Of a stretch of DNA of 64,000 nt, positions 24,564 through 36,986 are shown one piece after another; positions within the stretch are counted from its first letter, which is position 1; every line of letters starts with the position of its first letter. The notes under the pieces were generated by a model, which made no database searches, had not been told where the DNA came from, and saw nothing but the letters and a program-made list of their open reading frames with translations. The position numbers and the translations under genes were made by a program. The DNA comes from Macrostomum hystrix (lineage: Eukaryota > Animalia > Platyhelminthes), in contig CATNEN010000005.1 of assembly GCA_950097015.1 (NCBI GenBank), forward strand, positions 5,766,001-5,830,000, read 5' to 3'.

Positions 24564-26267
24564 AAGATAGATTTTAATCAAGTTTAAGAGCCATGTGTTT
24601 AAGCTCAATAAGGTTTAAAAAAGGTAAAAACAAAACTAGCAACGTTATTGATAAAATGGTAAATTAAACTCTGACATTAAGAACTACCGATTCAACTTTA
24701 TATTAAAAAACTGAATACAAATAATGTAAGTTTGGCAATTATTAAGTAAACTTGTAATTAAGCAGACTATAGAAGTAGTTAACCGTGATTTTTTAATTTG
24801 CAACAACGGCAAGACGGCATTTTAAATCATAAAAAAGTTGTCAATCCAGATAATTCACGTGTTAGACTGCTCTACGAGTTTGAGTGCAGCTATCTGGCCT
24901 GGGTCAGCATCACACTCAGCCTCATCAATTTGGTAACTAACTTGATATCCCAGCAGCAAAGGTCGAGACTCCAAATCTTCGACAATAGGGCGTTGTTGAC
25001 TAATCCCAGAAGCTGAAGAGGATCGAACTAACCGATGCCACAGTCTATTACTGTTGCTTGATTGTTGAGTGCGATTGTAAGTTTGAGATGGGCGCCAATA
25101 CAGTCGAGGTAGGAGATCCAACCAATGAGAACTTGTGCCGCTGAAATTTGAGATAATTGACATTTTAATTTACTATCAGCTAGACCAACGAAATTCCCTT
25201 TTTAAAATACTCCGACTCCAAAAGAGGAATTAAAAAACACTTTGAATTGAACTTAGAAGCCATTTAAATAGATAAAATAAGTAAAAAAGGAATACAAAGT
25301 TCATAGTTTTGTTGTTTTTGTAAATGGCAAAAATAAAATATTATTGTAAATAAATTTCTTTCCATTTTATCTTTAATAAACAACTCATTAAATTAAACTT
25401 TGTGGCAGAATATACTTGTATGAAACAAAAAATAACGTATATAGACAGAAACACTACTACCGCAGATTACGTAATTAAAGTAGTGCAAGAAGCGCATGAA
25501 ATTAATTATTTCAAGTTAAAAAGGTTAGACTTTTACAGAAAAAAACTAAAAACTAGCTTGGATAAAGCCAATACATCTGTACTTGAAGATAAGCAGTGTT
25601 TCTGCTTTTAGAAGTATACGAAAGTTTGCTGTACCGATGGAAGCAGCAACGATAAAAAAACGATTGACAAAAAACTTTGAGGACAACTAAATATGAAGAC
25701 AAAAATATGCTGATTGCACAAATAGAATAGTCTTAACACCAGAATAAATATTTGTAAACAGGTAATACGAGATATCATATATCTACTAGCAAATTGTGAC
25801 TCACAACTAACAAAATGATTACGAATGCAATAAATTAATAAACCGAAATATAAGACATTGCAATTAAAAAGTTTGTTCTATTAGAATATTAGTTTTGTTG
25901 CTCCGAAAAGGGAGAAAAAACAAAATGTTCATCCGAAAAACTCGGTAAAACCAACTAAAACAAGTATAGGCAACAAACATATTGCATTTTTGAATAAACT
26001 TATTGAGACCAACTTTAGAAGTTGTAGCCTTTTAAAGTGCAAAAATAGAAAAACATTCAAAGTTTTTGTTCGACATATTTTAGTAACCTTAAAAAATTCG
26101 ATAATTATTTCGCGGACTCACCTTTTCAGAAAGAAAAATAAAAAAAAAACATTTCACCACAAAATGGCAGGCTAAATGTTGTAGATTAGGAGTTAGTTTT
26201 ATAGTTATTCTATCTCAATTAAAATTGACCTAATGTTTAATATTTTATGAAAAAATACACACATCTT

Positions 26268-27345
26268 TAATGACCAATACATGGATCTTTAATGACCAAT
26301 ACATGGATCTAGAATGACCAATACATGGATCTAGAATGACCAATACATGGATCTAGAATGACCAATACAGGGATCTAGAATGACCAATACAGGGATCTAG
26401 AATGACCAATACCCAAATCTAGAATGACCAATACATGGATCTAGAATGACCAATACCCGAATCTAGAAACACCAATACAGGTATCTAGAATGACCAATAC
26501 AGGTATCTAGAATGACCAATACAGGTATCTAGAATGACCAATACAGGTATCTAGAATGACCAATACAGGTATCTAGAATGACCAATACAGGTATCTAGAA
26601 TCACCAATACAGGTATCTAGAATGACCAATACAGGTATCTAGAATGACCAATACAGGGATCTAGAATGACCAATACATGGATCTAGAATGACCAATACAG
26701 GGATCTAGAATGACCAATACAGGGATCTAGAATGACCAATACAGGGATCTAGAATGACCAATACAGGGATCTAGAATGACCAATACAGGGATCTAGAATG
26801 ACCAATACAGGGATCTAGAATGACCAATACAGGGATCTAGAATGACCAATACCCGAATCTAGAATGACCAATACAGGGATCTAGAATGACCAATACAGGG
26901 ATCTAGAATGACCAATACATGGATCTAGAATGACCAATACATGGATCTAGAATGACCAATACATGGATCTAGAATGACCAATACAGAGATCTAGAATGAC
27001 CAATACAGGGATCTAGAATGACCAATACCCGAATCTAGAATGACCAATACAGGGATCTAGAATGACCAATACAGGGATCTAGAATGACCAATACATGGAT
27101 CTAGAATGACCAATACATGGTTCTAGAATGACCAATACATGGATCTAGAATGACCAATACAGGGATCTAGAATGACCAATACAGGGATCTAGAATGACCA
27201 ATACAGGGATCTAGAATGACCAATACAGGGATCTAGAATGACCAATACAGGGATCTAGAATGACCAATACAGGTATCTAGAATGACCAGGTCCAATACAG
27301 GTATCTAGAATGACCAATACAGGAATCTAGAATGACCAATACTAG
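26268..27345 (+). repeat. Minisatellite, 22-bp unit tctagaatgaccaatacaggga (~48 copies)
   Basis: Direct tandem copies just downstream of the ATP9 stop. Confidence 0.97.
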
Positions 27346-27551
27346 ATCATAAATGAGTAATCCTAGATCTTGCTGGCACTATATTCTTAAAATTTTCTGT
27401 CGCATCTGACCTTTAAAAAGACAGTCAATTAAAAATAATCCAAAAAAAGAAATTTTTAAAACAAATTAATAGAAGAAACTTTTTGCCGATGAAAAGTTAA
27501 AACCAAGTAAACAAAAGACTGAATAAAGTGTTTAATAAAACAATAAGACAA

Positions 27552-30500
27552 TTACGCCTGCAGCTTTCTAGCAATGGGTGGACTCATCTGGTAGCGAACA
27601 AACTTTAGCAGGAAGAATGGAATCGAACTGACACCAGTGATAGCCAGCACCTTCCACAGGAAGTCTAGGGTTAGTATGAAGGCTCGATCTGCGGGAAAAA
27701 TAGTGGTTAGTGGCGGTACTGTTATAAAAAATATTAGCATTACACTACTGTTTAAGCGTTTAAGTAGAAATGTGCGCATTTTTACATTAAAAAATCTGTA
27801 AATGTAAGAAAAAAATGACGCGGACAGGATGAATGAGGAGAAGAGGAGAAATATTGATTGTTATAATGATCAGGTAATGGAAGGTAATGACTGGCCCTAG
27901 GACTCACCAAAGTACTCAGTAAGCACAAACATAGCAGTCACATAGCAGGTCAGACTAAGCAGTTCGGCCACAATCATTTGCCAGCACCAGGTTCGCACAG
28001 TTAAAGCAACCATGATGAGTTCGGTGAGCACAACGGCTGTAAAAGCGATGCTCACTACATGCAGGAAAGAGCCTTCGAATAGCCATAGAGAGCCGTACAT
28101 GATGATGCCGCCCTAAAAGGAATGAAACGTAGCAATTTAAAGTTTCCGTTACTTTTCTGCACCATTCCTACTTCCACCGTTACTTTAAGTGACTTTTATG
28201 GGACAGTAACTCCCACCGTTACTTTTTAGTTACTTTTCTGAAATAGCAAGTCACGCCCTTACTTTTTAGTCACTTTACAGAAAAATTTGCTCGCGCCGTT
28301 ACATTTGGTTACTGTTATGAAAACGTTACTCCTGTCGTTACTTTTCTTTAACAGTTGCTCACAAACAGGTTACTCGCGCACTTACTTCTGGTAACTTTTC
28401 TTGAATATTTACTACAACCGTTACATTCAGGTACTGTTCTGGATATGCTACTCACATCGTTACTTTTTAGTTACTAAAATATATACTCCCGCCGTTACTT
28501 TTAGTTACTTTTTGGAAGTACACTTACCTGGTAGAGCGAAATGGCTGTCCAAATAAAGAAAACTTTAGCCGACAATTCTCTGCCTTTGATTAGATCGCGG
28601 TATAATTCCGGAAATTTTTCAGCAGTGAAATCCGTCACGTCTTTATCAAATACTAGCGAAAATACTGGGAACATTGTGAACACGGTAGCGTAGCCAATCA
28701 TTAGGACGCCGGGGAATAGGCTAATAGCGACGTAGAAGAATACGGCTGAGAACACGGCTTGCATAGTAGAGATAATGAGGCCGCGGTGTACAATAAACTG
28801 GGCCAATACGGCCGTGTTCTTGTAGCACTGGCGTCCGTGTACCTAGGCGATGAAGCAATATATATGTGGCCTAGCCGCCGTAGAAACTACAGCTAGCCCA
28901 GTTGGGGGTGGGTTAGTGGCAGAGCGGTCTGACGAGCCTCCAAGGCCCAGTGAGAGTGTACACTGCCTGACGATGAGAAAGTCAGGGCAGATGTACACAC
29001 CTGTGTGAGTGTGTGCTCATGAGTCAGCGAAACGGGCAGAATTGCCTCCTCGCTGGCTGCGGGTCTACTGTGAGCAAATGCTGTACAGCCTTCCTGGTGC
29101 TTCTAAAAGATGTGTACAACTGTTCAGTCCATGGACTAGGGGCACTGGACACCACATTAAGATCCTAACCACTAGGCTACAAGCTCCATTGAATAGATAA
29201 AATTATAATATAGAAAAAGCTAAGGTATCAGTTACCAGCAGCAGCCTAGCAACGTGTTGAAATCTTGTGATGCTGAAATCGGCCGCAAGCGAAGCCTGCT
29301 TGCCCTCCTTGCCAACAATGCCCAGGCCGCAATCGGCCGCTTGAATCATGGCCACATCGTTGCCACCGTCGCCAACAGCGGCGCATCTTTTCCCCGTGTG
29401 CTCCTTCAATAGTTGGACAACTTCGGCCTTCTGGGTTGGCGAACAACGGCAGACAACAACGGCCGGGGCTTGGCAGGCCAGCTGAATGAAACGACGCTCG
29501 TCTTGTTCAACTGCGGCCTGCGAATTGGCGATTTTCAAGGTTTAGGGATTAAAGATTCATGATTAAATCTGATCTTGTTATGTCTACTTATTGCATAAAT
29601 AACACAGAATTACTACATAGGAGAGATCGGAAATGGGAGAGATCAGACATGGGAGAGATCGGACATGGGAGAGATCAGACATGGGAGAGATCAGACATGG
29701 GGAGATGAGAAAAGGGAGAGATGACCCAGGGGTGAGATGAGACAAGAAAGACATGGGACAAGGGAGAGATGAGACAAGGGAGACATGGGACAAGGGAGAG
29801 ATGAGACAAGGGAGAGATGACCCAGGGGAGAGATGAGACGCGGGAGAGATGAGACACATTAGAGATAAGATACGGGAGAGATGAGACAAGGGAAAGATGG
29901 GACATGGGAGAGATGAGACAAGGGAAAGATGGGACATGGGAGAGATCAGACACGGGGAGATGAGAAAAGGGAGAGATGACCCAGGGGAGAGATGGCACAA
30001 GGGAGAGGTGAGACACGGGAGAGATGAGACACGGGAGAGATGAGACACATTAGAGATAAGATACGGGAGAGATGAGACAAGGGAAAGATGAGACACGGAA
30101 GAGATGAGACACGGAAGAGATGAGACACGGAAGAGATGAGACACGGAAGAGATGAGACACGGAAGAGATGAGACACGGAAGAGATGGGACATGGGAGAGA
30201 TAAGACAAGGGGGAGATGACCCAGAGGAGAGATGAGACAAGGAAGAGGTGAGACACGGGATAGACGCGATATAGGGAACTAGTAATGTTGTAAGGGCCGT
30301 ATCAAAGTTGTTTTTTCATCTCTCCGCTTTTAATCTAGAAGTGCAGCACAGTTAGATGAGGTGAACGGTTGCAGCAAACACCAACCTGCATATGCTGGCC
30401 AGTGATAACGATTCCCTGTCCAGCTTCAACCCGTCTAGCCATGCTGCGAATTTCATTATCTAGATCGGCGCTACGACAGGACGCGGGTTCGAATACGTAC

Positions 30501-33500
30501 AGTCCGGCCGCCTTATCCACCAGCCTGGAGCTCTTGGCGATGCAGCAGGCGGTCTCTAGTTTGTCGCCGGTCAGCATCCAGACTCTGACGCCGGCATTTC
30601 TCAGAGTCTCCAGAGTCGGCCTAACGCCAGTCTGCAGACGGTCTTCAACGCCAGTGATGCATAGCAGCTCCAGGCCATTGTCCAATAGTTGCTGCACTCG
30701 GGCGACCTTCTCGGCTCGGTTCTCCATGGCTAGACGCGCCCGCTCGTACCTTTAACGTTAGGATTGGGATTTAGACTGCATCCGATGGGGGCTAAGGGGG
30801 TCAGTTGACCCACTTTACACATAATTTAGTCCTCGAATGATAATAGGAGGTCAACTGACCCCACTCATTCATGCTACTACTCTCGAATGATTATTGGGGG
30901 TCAACTGACCCCACTCATTCATGCTACTACTCTCGAATGATTATTGGGGGTCAACTGACCCCACTCATTCATGCTACTACTCTCGAATGATTATTGGGGG
31001 TCAACTGACCCCACTCATTCATGCTACTACTCTCGAATGATTATTGGGGGTCAACTGACCCCACTCATTCATGCTACTACCCTCAAATGATTTTAGGAGG
31101 TCAACTGACCTCACTCATTCATGCTACTACTCTCGAATGATTTTAGGAGGTCAACTGACCCCACTCATTCATGCGACTACTCTCGACTGATTATTGGGGG
31201 TCAACTGACCTCACTTATATTCATGAAACGATACAAGTTTGATTGAATTTAAGGGGGTCTAATGACCTCACCTTCCATCCTAGAGCAATTAAAATAAACA
31301 AAGGACACACGTTACTCACTTTTTATTCCACTCCTCGTAGAATTCCGGCCGCAAAACTCGCCTAGCAACAAGCAGCGTGCGCAGGCCTTCCCTAGCCAAA
31401 TTGTCCACTTCCTCTTCTAGCCAGTCGGCTGGTTGCACAACAGCGCCAATCACAGTGTCGGCGCCTTTGGCGTAGAATACAATCTCGCCGGTAAGATTAT
31501 CGCGCAAAATGATACCCATGCGTTTAGATTCGCTACTGAATGGAAACAGGTGCAGTACGGAGTAGGTCAGCTCAATTCCGTTGTCTGCTTTTAAAAGAAT
31601 GCTGCTTTGATCGCGCTGGGCCAAGGTTAGGCCGACGCTGGCTGTCCAATTCACAAGCGCCACTTCATCTGGACTGCTGGCCTATGCGAGGGGTTAAAAT
31701 GGACTGGTGTTAGTCGTACTTTCTCAGAATGTAGATATGGGTTTGTCAAGTGAATTTATACACTTTTAGGAGATCAGGTTGTTGTTCAAAAAAAGTACAA
31801 GAAAAGATAAAAAGATAAAATTTAATGATATGTTTACCATGTAGGAAGTGCGCATTCGTAGGTGGTGTTATTTAGAGAATGTACATTCCGAGGTGGGGTT
31901 GTAGCTTAGAGAATGTACATTCGGAGGAGGGGTTGTTGTTTAGAGAATGTACATTTGGAGGTGGGTTGTTGTTTAGAGAATGTACATTCGGAGGTGGGGT
32001 TGTTGTTTAGAGAATGTACGTTTGGAGGTGGGGTTGTTGTTTAGGGAATGTACATTCGGAGGTGGGGTTGTTGTTTAGGGAATGTACATTCGGAGGTGGG
32101 GTTGTTGTTTAGAGAATGTACATTTGGAGGTGGGGTTGTTGTTTAGGGAATGTACATTCGGAGGTGGGGTTGTTGTTTAGAGAATGTACATTCAGAAGTG
32201 GGGTTGTAGTTTAGAGAATGTACATTCGGAGGTAGGGTTGTTGTTTAGAGAATGTACATTCGGAGGTGGGGTTGTGTTTAGAGAATGTACATTCGGAGTT
32301 GGGATTGTTGTTTAGAGAAAGTACATTATATGAAAATGTAGCTAAGAAGAGACAGTATATTCAGAATAGGGTAACTATTTGTTGAACTCACCTGGTAGGT
32401 GGGCCCTCTAGTCGGTGTTGTGACAGCGCCGGAACCGCCCAGAGCATAATCCTCGCTATTGGAGACGTCATCGGCTGGGGAAGCGACGTCATCGTAGACT
32501 GGCGTGACATTGTGACACAGGGCGATAGCACGAACGGCTTCAGCAGTGCGACCTGCCAGATCTGCGCCTTGGCGGGTGATGGACAATCTCTTTGTCGGCT
32601 CCTGATCCTGCTGCTTGTCGTCTACTTTGCCAGTTACTAAGGCGACACTGTTGCGAACGTGTTCGCGAATTTCTGCATGAGAATCTGGCTCATCGGTGTA
32701 AACAATGGTGCCCAGGTGTAGCTTCTTGAATACCTGCATTATTGAGTAGGTCGTGAAGTCATTTCTCAATTAAGATTCTAAAAATAAACACGTATCCAGA
32801 CGTATGCATAACGAATTTCGCTTACCATTTCATTCTCTGTAAGCGTGCCAGTTTTGTCGCTAAGCAGGTAGCTAATTCTACCCAACTCTTCAGGAATGGT
32901 TGTGTTGCGCACAATGTTGCCTTCTAGTTTGTCGTCTCGCATTATTAGAAACGAATAAGTGATCTTGGCCATGTCGAGATTCACACGCAGTCTGCAAAAC
33001 AACAGAAACAAGAATGGTTTCTAATGGGATCTAATTGTGATAAGAAGGTAGTATCTGAGTAAGATTCAGGGAATTATCTAAGTAGATTCAGGGAAGTATT
33101 TAAGTGAGATTCAGGGCAGTATCTGAGTGAAATTCAGGGCAGTATCTGAGTGAGATTCAGGGCAGTATCTGAGTGAGATTCAGGGCAGTATCTGAGTGAG
33201 ATTCAGGGCAGTATCTGAGTGAGATTCAGGGCAGTATCTGAGTGAGATTCAGGGCAGTATCTGAGTGAGATTCAGGGCAGTATCTGAGTGAGATTCAGGG
33301 CAGTATCTGAGTGAGATTCAGGGGCAATCAGGGCAGTATCTGAGTGAGATTCAGGGCAGTATCTGAGTGAGATTGACAAGCTAGAGTACTGTCTCATACA
33401 CAGAATAAGCTTAGTCTGAAAACCTAAGCTGCAAACAATATAAATGAAATAGATTTCCAATGCAACAGATGTCCCAAAAAACACAATTCATAGGATCTAC

Positions 33501-36500
33501 ACACACCCAAAAACAAAATCCTTGGGAAACTATAAATAGAAGGGAACTGAATCACGTTCAGAGTGCACACACAAACACACACCCTCTGGTTTAGAATCGC
33601 CCACATTCAGGAAAGCACCTTGCGCTAAGGAAATACGAAAATGTAATCTGGTACGGTCGTTCTTCGCGGAACAAATCAACTTCTGAACCGATCGATAATC
33701 ACAGAAACCTATTGGTAGGAAAGAAAGCAAATGAGAAGGTAGAGTGGCACAAGCTTAGCCATGTGTACGCATTCAGTACTCTTGAAAAAATGAGCTAAAA
33801 ATTTGAGCAGAACTTGGCAGTCTAAAATCACAGTCCTAGCAGCTTAAGAAACTCATGAACGAATATGTCCGATATGTATAGAAAAATATATAAAAGCAAG
33901 CACTATAAAAAATTACACTTTAGGAGTTGATAACACCCAATAAGTGAGATGTTTGCCTATTTGTTAGAGCTTCGGACTCAGGTCTGGAGTTCGAATCCTA
34001 GCTCTAAAGAAAAAATGAAATTCAGGGAGGGTCAGGGTAGCAGCAGTCCATGGACTGAACGCATAGTTGAACGCAGCCACTGGACGCGCCACATAATAGC
34101 CTAAAAATCCACATAAACTAGCCGATATGTAGAGAAAAATGCAAAATAGCAATAAACTCACGCCAACGGTATGATGTAGGAGAATAGCAGTAGAAATCGC
34201 CAATAATATTTGTACCATTGTCCGCCGAAGCCTTTGAATGCCACCAAGAGTAGCGATAGTAGCAGAACACTGCCGACAAGCAGTTTAGTGATGTTATTAA
34301 TCTCTTGATCTACAAGGCCAAATTTGCTTCTAGGCGGTGAACTATTCATAGCGGCTCTGGTCTCGGCGCCAGTGTACACAACCACACCGAGAGCCCAGTT
34401 AGAAGCTACCACAGTGTTAGTCCATAGGGTATTCTCCACTGATAGAGAGGCCTGATCTGCGCCCACACCAGCGCCAGTAGAGTCCGGACTATCGGGCCCA
34501 GCCATGCTCAGAGTGCCAATGAAACTGTGAATATCTAGGCCCGGTCTCTCGGCGTACACGCTGGCCCCGGAGCGTAACAGTTGATCGTCTCCAGCCAATC
34601 GCTGGGTAATTGGCGGGGCTATTCGAAGCTTCCAGTCTGTTTCGCCGTCTAATTGATCGGTGCGCAGAAAGCAGGTGCCCATCTTTTCTGAGGTGCGCAA
34701 TAGAACTAGATCGGCTGGGACTCGCTCGTCTTTGTTGACGCGAATTACATCGCCAACCTGATGGATGATTCAACAGCTATTCGATTTTAGCGATAAAATT
34801 AAAAATAATGCAGCAGTTAAGACCTAAAGGTCCGGAGTTCGAATCTCAGCCTATGGAAGAATAATTCAGTTCGCTATGATACAAAATAGAGATCAGGGAG
34901 ACGGTTGGGTTAGGGTTTAAAGCATCTGAAGGCTGCGTAGCTACTGCTGTTCAGTCCATGGACTGAGAGCGACGCCACACCCACTTGTACCCATTTTTAA
35001 CAGCAGGGTGAACTGAAGCAAAGCAGATTTAAGGGTCTTGCTAAAGGACATAATTGTTCTAGTTGAGTCGGGAATCGAACACCCGCCCTTAATTCGTGAG
35101 CCCTAGTTATCCAAGTTACTCAATAGATGAGTAGTTATCTATTTGACTCACCTTCAGAGCACTGCTAGGTACCATAATCGACCTGTCCATAGTCAATCGT
35201 TCATACTTGGTGCCGTTCAGTTCTCGATCTCGGCTCCAGCGTCTAAAATCGTCTACAGCCTCTCTGACCATTGTTACAAAGACCACAAATATGAGTGGTC
35301 CCCAGTAGGTGTACAAGTAGCCAATCCGTAACGGAGGCACAAACTGGGATAAGGCCATCACTAGGAAGCAGAAGTTTAGAAACAGTTTAAACTGTTCAAA
35401 CAATACCAAAAATAAAAAGCTGAATATGGAGTATTTCTGATTTCTAATTAGATTTGCCGGATATTTCACAGTCTTGCTATGTCGGCCTAGAAACACCACA
35501 CGCGGCAGGTATTTCTTTGGAGGATTCAGACACAAACAAAAGCATTCCCAGCACCTGCGGAAAGGTTTAATGTAAGGCAGTGAGTACTTATATGTATATA
35601 TAAACAATTAAATTATTTAAACACACACATAGGGTGTGCAAATTTGCTAAGACATTCTCATTGTGAGACAGTGTACACTGTGCCTTGAAAGTTGGCCTTT
35701 AACAGCTTCAATTACAAGACAAAACCCACAAGCATTCTCTTAACAATAGAAAGTCCACACTATTTCCCCCCTGCCCTGAGGGTATGTAAAATACCCATTG
35801 CCTATGTCACAGAAGCTCCTAAACCATATGACTATTTGTGAGATATGCAGAAATTCTTGTCAAAGACCCTGGTGACAAGGATAACTAACATTGCTCTGTA
35901 TAAACCAGTATGATAAATTGATATTAGCCCAATAATATGAATCCATCAGTTTTAATATTCATAAAATAGTTTTTTAATGTTCATTGGTCTTGTTATGCCA
36001 TTTTTACCATATTGATAATTTTTGTGCCATTTTGGTACTATAGGTACAAAGTGCCAAAGTGCCAAATAAATTTGTTATATATCACTCTATCAAAAATTTT
36101 TAATCCTTTAAAATTAAAAACTACACTGGACATGTCTCCAAAATGTAATTTTTCCTAGAGGGATATGCTATGCATACATTATGGCACAAAAACCAAAGCC
36201 TAACATGTCCATAAGAAATATTGAATATTTCAATAGTACCAATGTTTTGTAATTCTGAAAGTTCTTTAAATAGATTGAGTAGAAAACATCAGCTAAAGTT
36301 AAGGATTTTCATGGAAATTGGAGATCCTTGAATGAATGTAAAAAATATTATATGTAGCTATTTGAAATACCTCCCTCTGGTGATTCTACATTCAATGGCT
36401 GTTCCAAAACAAAAATGTGACTTTATCATAGAATCAGGCTCAGAGTCATGAATATTTCTATAATTTTCAAAAATATTAGACTATAATCCTATCACTACTG

Positions 36501-36986
36501 ACCCTTAAACATGAAATTAATATGTGAACTGTCATTATAATACTTTGTATGAATTCACTCTTTTATCAACAAATAGTAAACCTGAAAATCTGTCTAATTT
36601 TAAATAAATTTGATTTTCCTCAACAAACATCTTAAAACAATATCAATGATAAGAAAATTTAATGAACTGACTAGCAGATTTTGCAGACAACAAAAAATTT
36701 TTGGCATAGTTACCATTGGCTTTAGTTAAAAAGAGGCTTAGTTTATTTAAAACCATTTTAAAGTATAATAGTAGTAGGCCTAGTATTTAAAAATTCTAAG
36801 GGGCTAATTTTTTGCTAAGTCTTACCTTGCAAAGCAGGATTTTTCTTGCTTCTTCTGTGTAGCAGCTTCTGCCTCTTGAATTGATGAGTATTGGTGTTGA
36901 TTGGAGCCATTCATCTGCTCATGGTCTAGCAAACATGCTGACATTGAGCTGGAGTCTCGATCTTGCAATTTAATGCAGTCGGCCAT
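27552..36986 (-). CDS. ATP9: P4-type phospholipid flippase ATP9A/B (NEO1 class), 1110 aa. Exons (minus): 36986-36826, 35554-35152, 34757-34162, 32991-32826, 32733-32392, 31681-31320, 30749-30386, 29517-29236, 28842-28528, 28112-27908, 27688-27552
   Basis: Motifs [92 protein letters not shown] and VGDGGNDV are all present. The 11 exons total 3333 nt, all junctions are GT-AG, and the frame is preserved. Confidence 0.97.
28140..28505 (+). repeat. Degenerate ccgttactttt tandem repeat (ATP9 intron)
   Basis: Recurrent gttact motif with irregular spacing. Confidence 0.75.
28905..29075 (+). mobile_element. SINE family A, copy 4 (abuts an opposite-strand family B relic at ~29085-29180)
   Basis: gtggcagagcgg head, cctgacgatgagaaagtcagggcag and gcctcctcgctggctgcgggtc; followed by gttcagtccatggact. 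Confidence 0.85.
29620..30262 (+). repeat. Purine-rich minisatellite, ~18-bp unit gagagatgagacacggga (ATP9 intron)
   Basis: Tandem copies; this array is the source of the spurious SHLS/CLIS ORFs. Confidence 0.92.
30795..31272 (+). repeat. Minisatellite, 50-bp unit containing the hairpin GGGGTCA-AC-TGACCCC (ATP9 intron)
   Basis: tcaactgacc recurs at 30901 and 30951; each unit has ggggtcaactgacccc and tcattc...gaatga. Confidence 0.95.
31865..32325 (+). repeat. Minisatellite, 34-bp unit tttagagaatgtacattcggaggtggggttgttg (contains palindrome GAATGTACATTC)
   Basis: Direct tandem copies. Confidence 0.95.
33050..33375 (+). repeat. Minisatellite, 23-bp unit gtatctgagtgagattcagggca
   Basis: Direct tandem copies. 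Confidence 0.95.
33975..34110 (+). mobile_element. SINE family B relic (ATP9 intron)
   Basis: gagttcgaatcc B-box followed by cagtccatggactgaac...cgcagcc. Confidence 0.55.
34922..35118 (-). mobile_element. SINE family B copy (ATP9 intron)
   Basis: Collinear with 45003-45297: atctgaaggctgcgta, gttcagtccatggactg, gtacccatt, gggtgaactgaagcaa, gtcttgct, gtcgggaatcgaac. Confidence 0.8.
35655..35725 (-). mobile_element. Old SINE family A fragment with no CpG left
   Basis: cagtgtacactgtgccttgaaagttggcc...caagcattctct matches the reverse complement of the family A middle section. Confidence 0.55.

Noticed and set aside
24855-25163. 102-aa ORF or possible exon between ATP9 and COQ6
   Set aside because: It looks more coding-like than its flanks and has splice-like signals (tttcag at 25141, gttagt donors), but I recognise no homology. 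It is kept only as an alternative source of the COQ6 start codon.
29584-30256. SHLS/CLIS-rich ORFs; likewise the repeat-derived ORFs at 19996-20512, 20921-21672 and 23655-24279
   Set aside because: They are minisatellite translations, in introns or (23655-24279) upstream of COQ6.
22135-33375. Regular 22-50-bp repeats resembling CRISPR arrays
   Set aside because: The units are head-to-tail with no unique spacers, no cas genes are present, and the context is eukaryotic.
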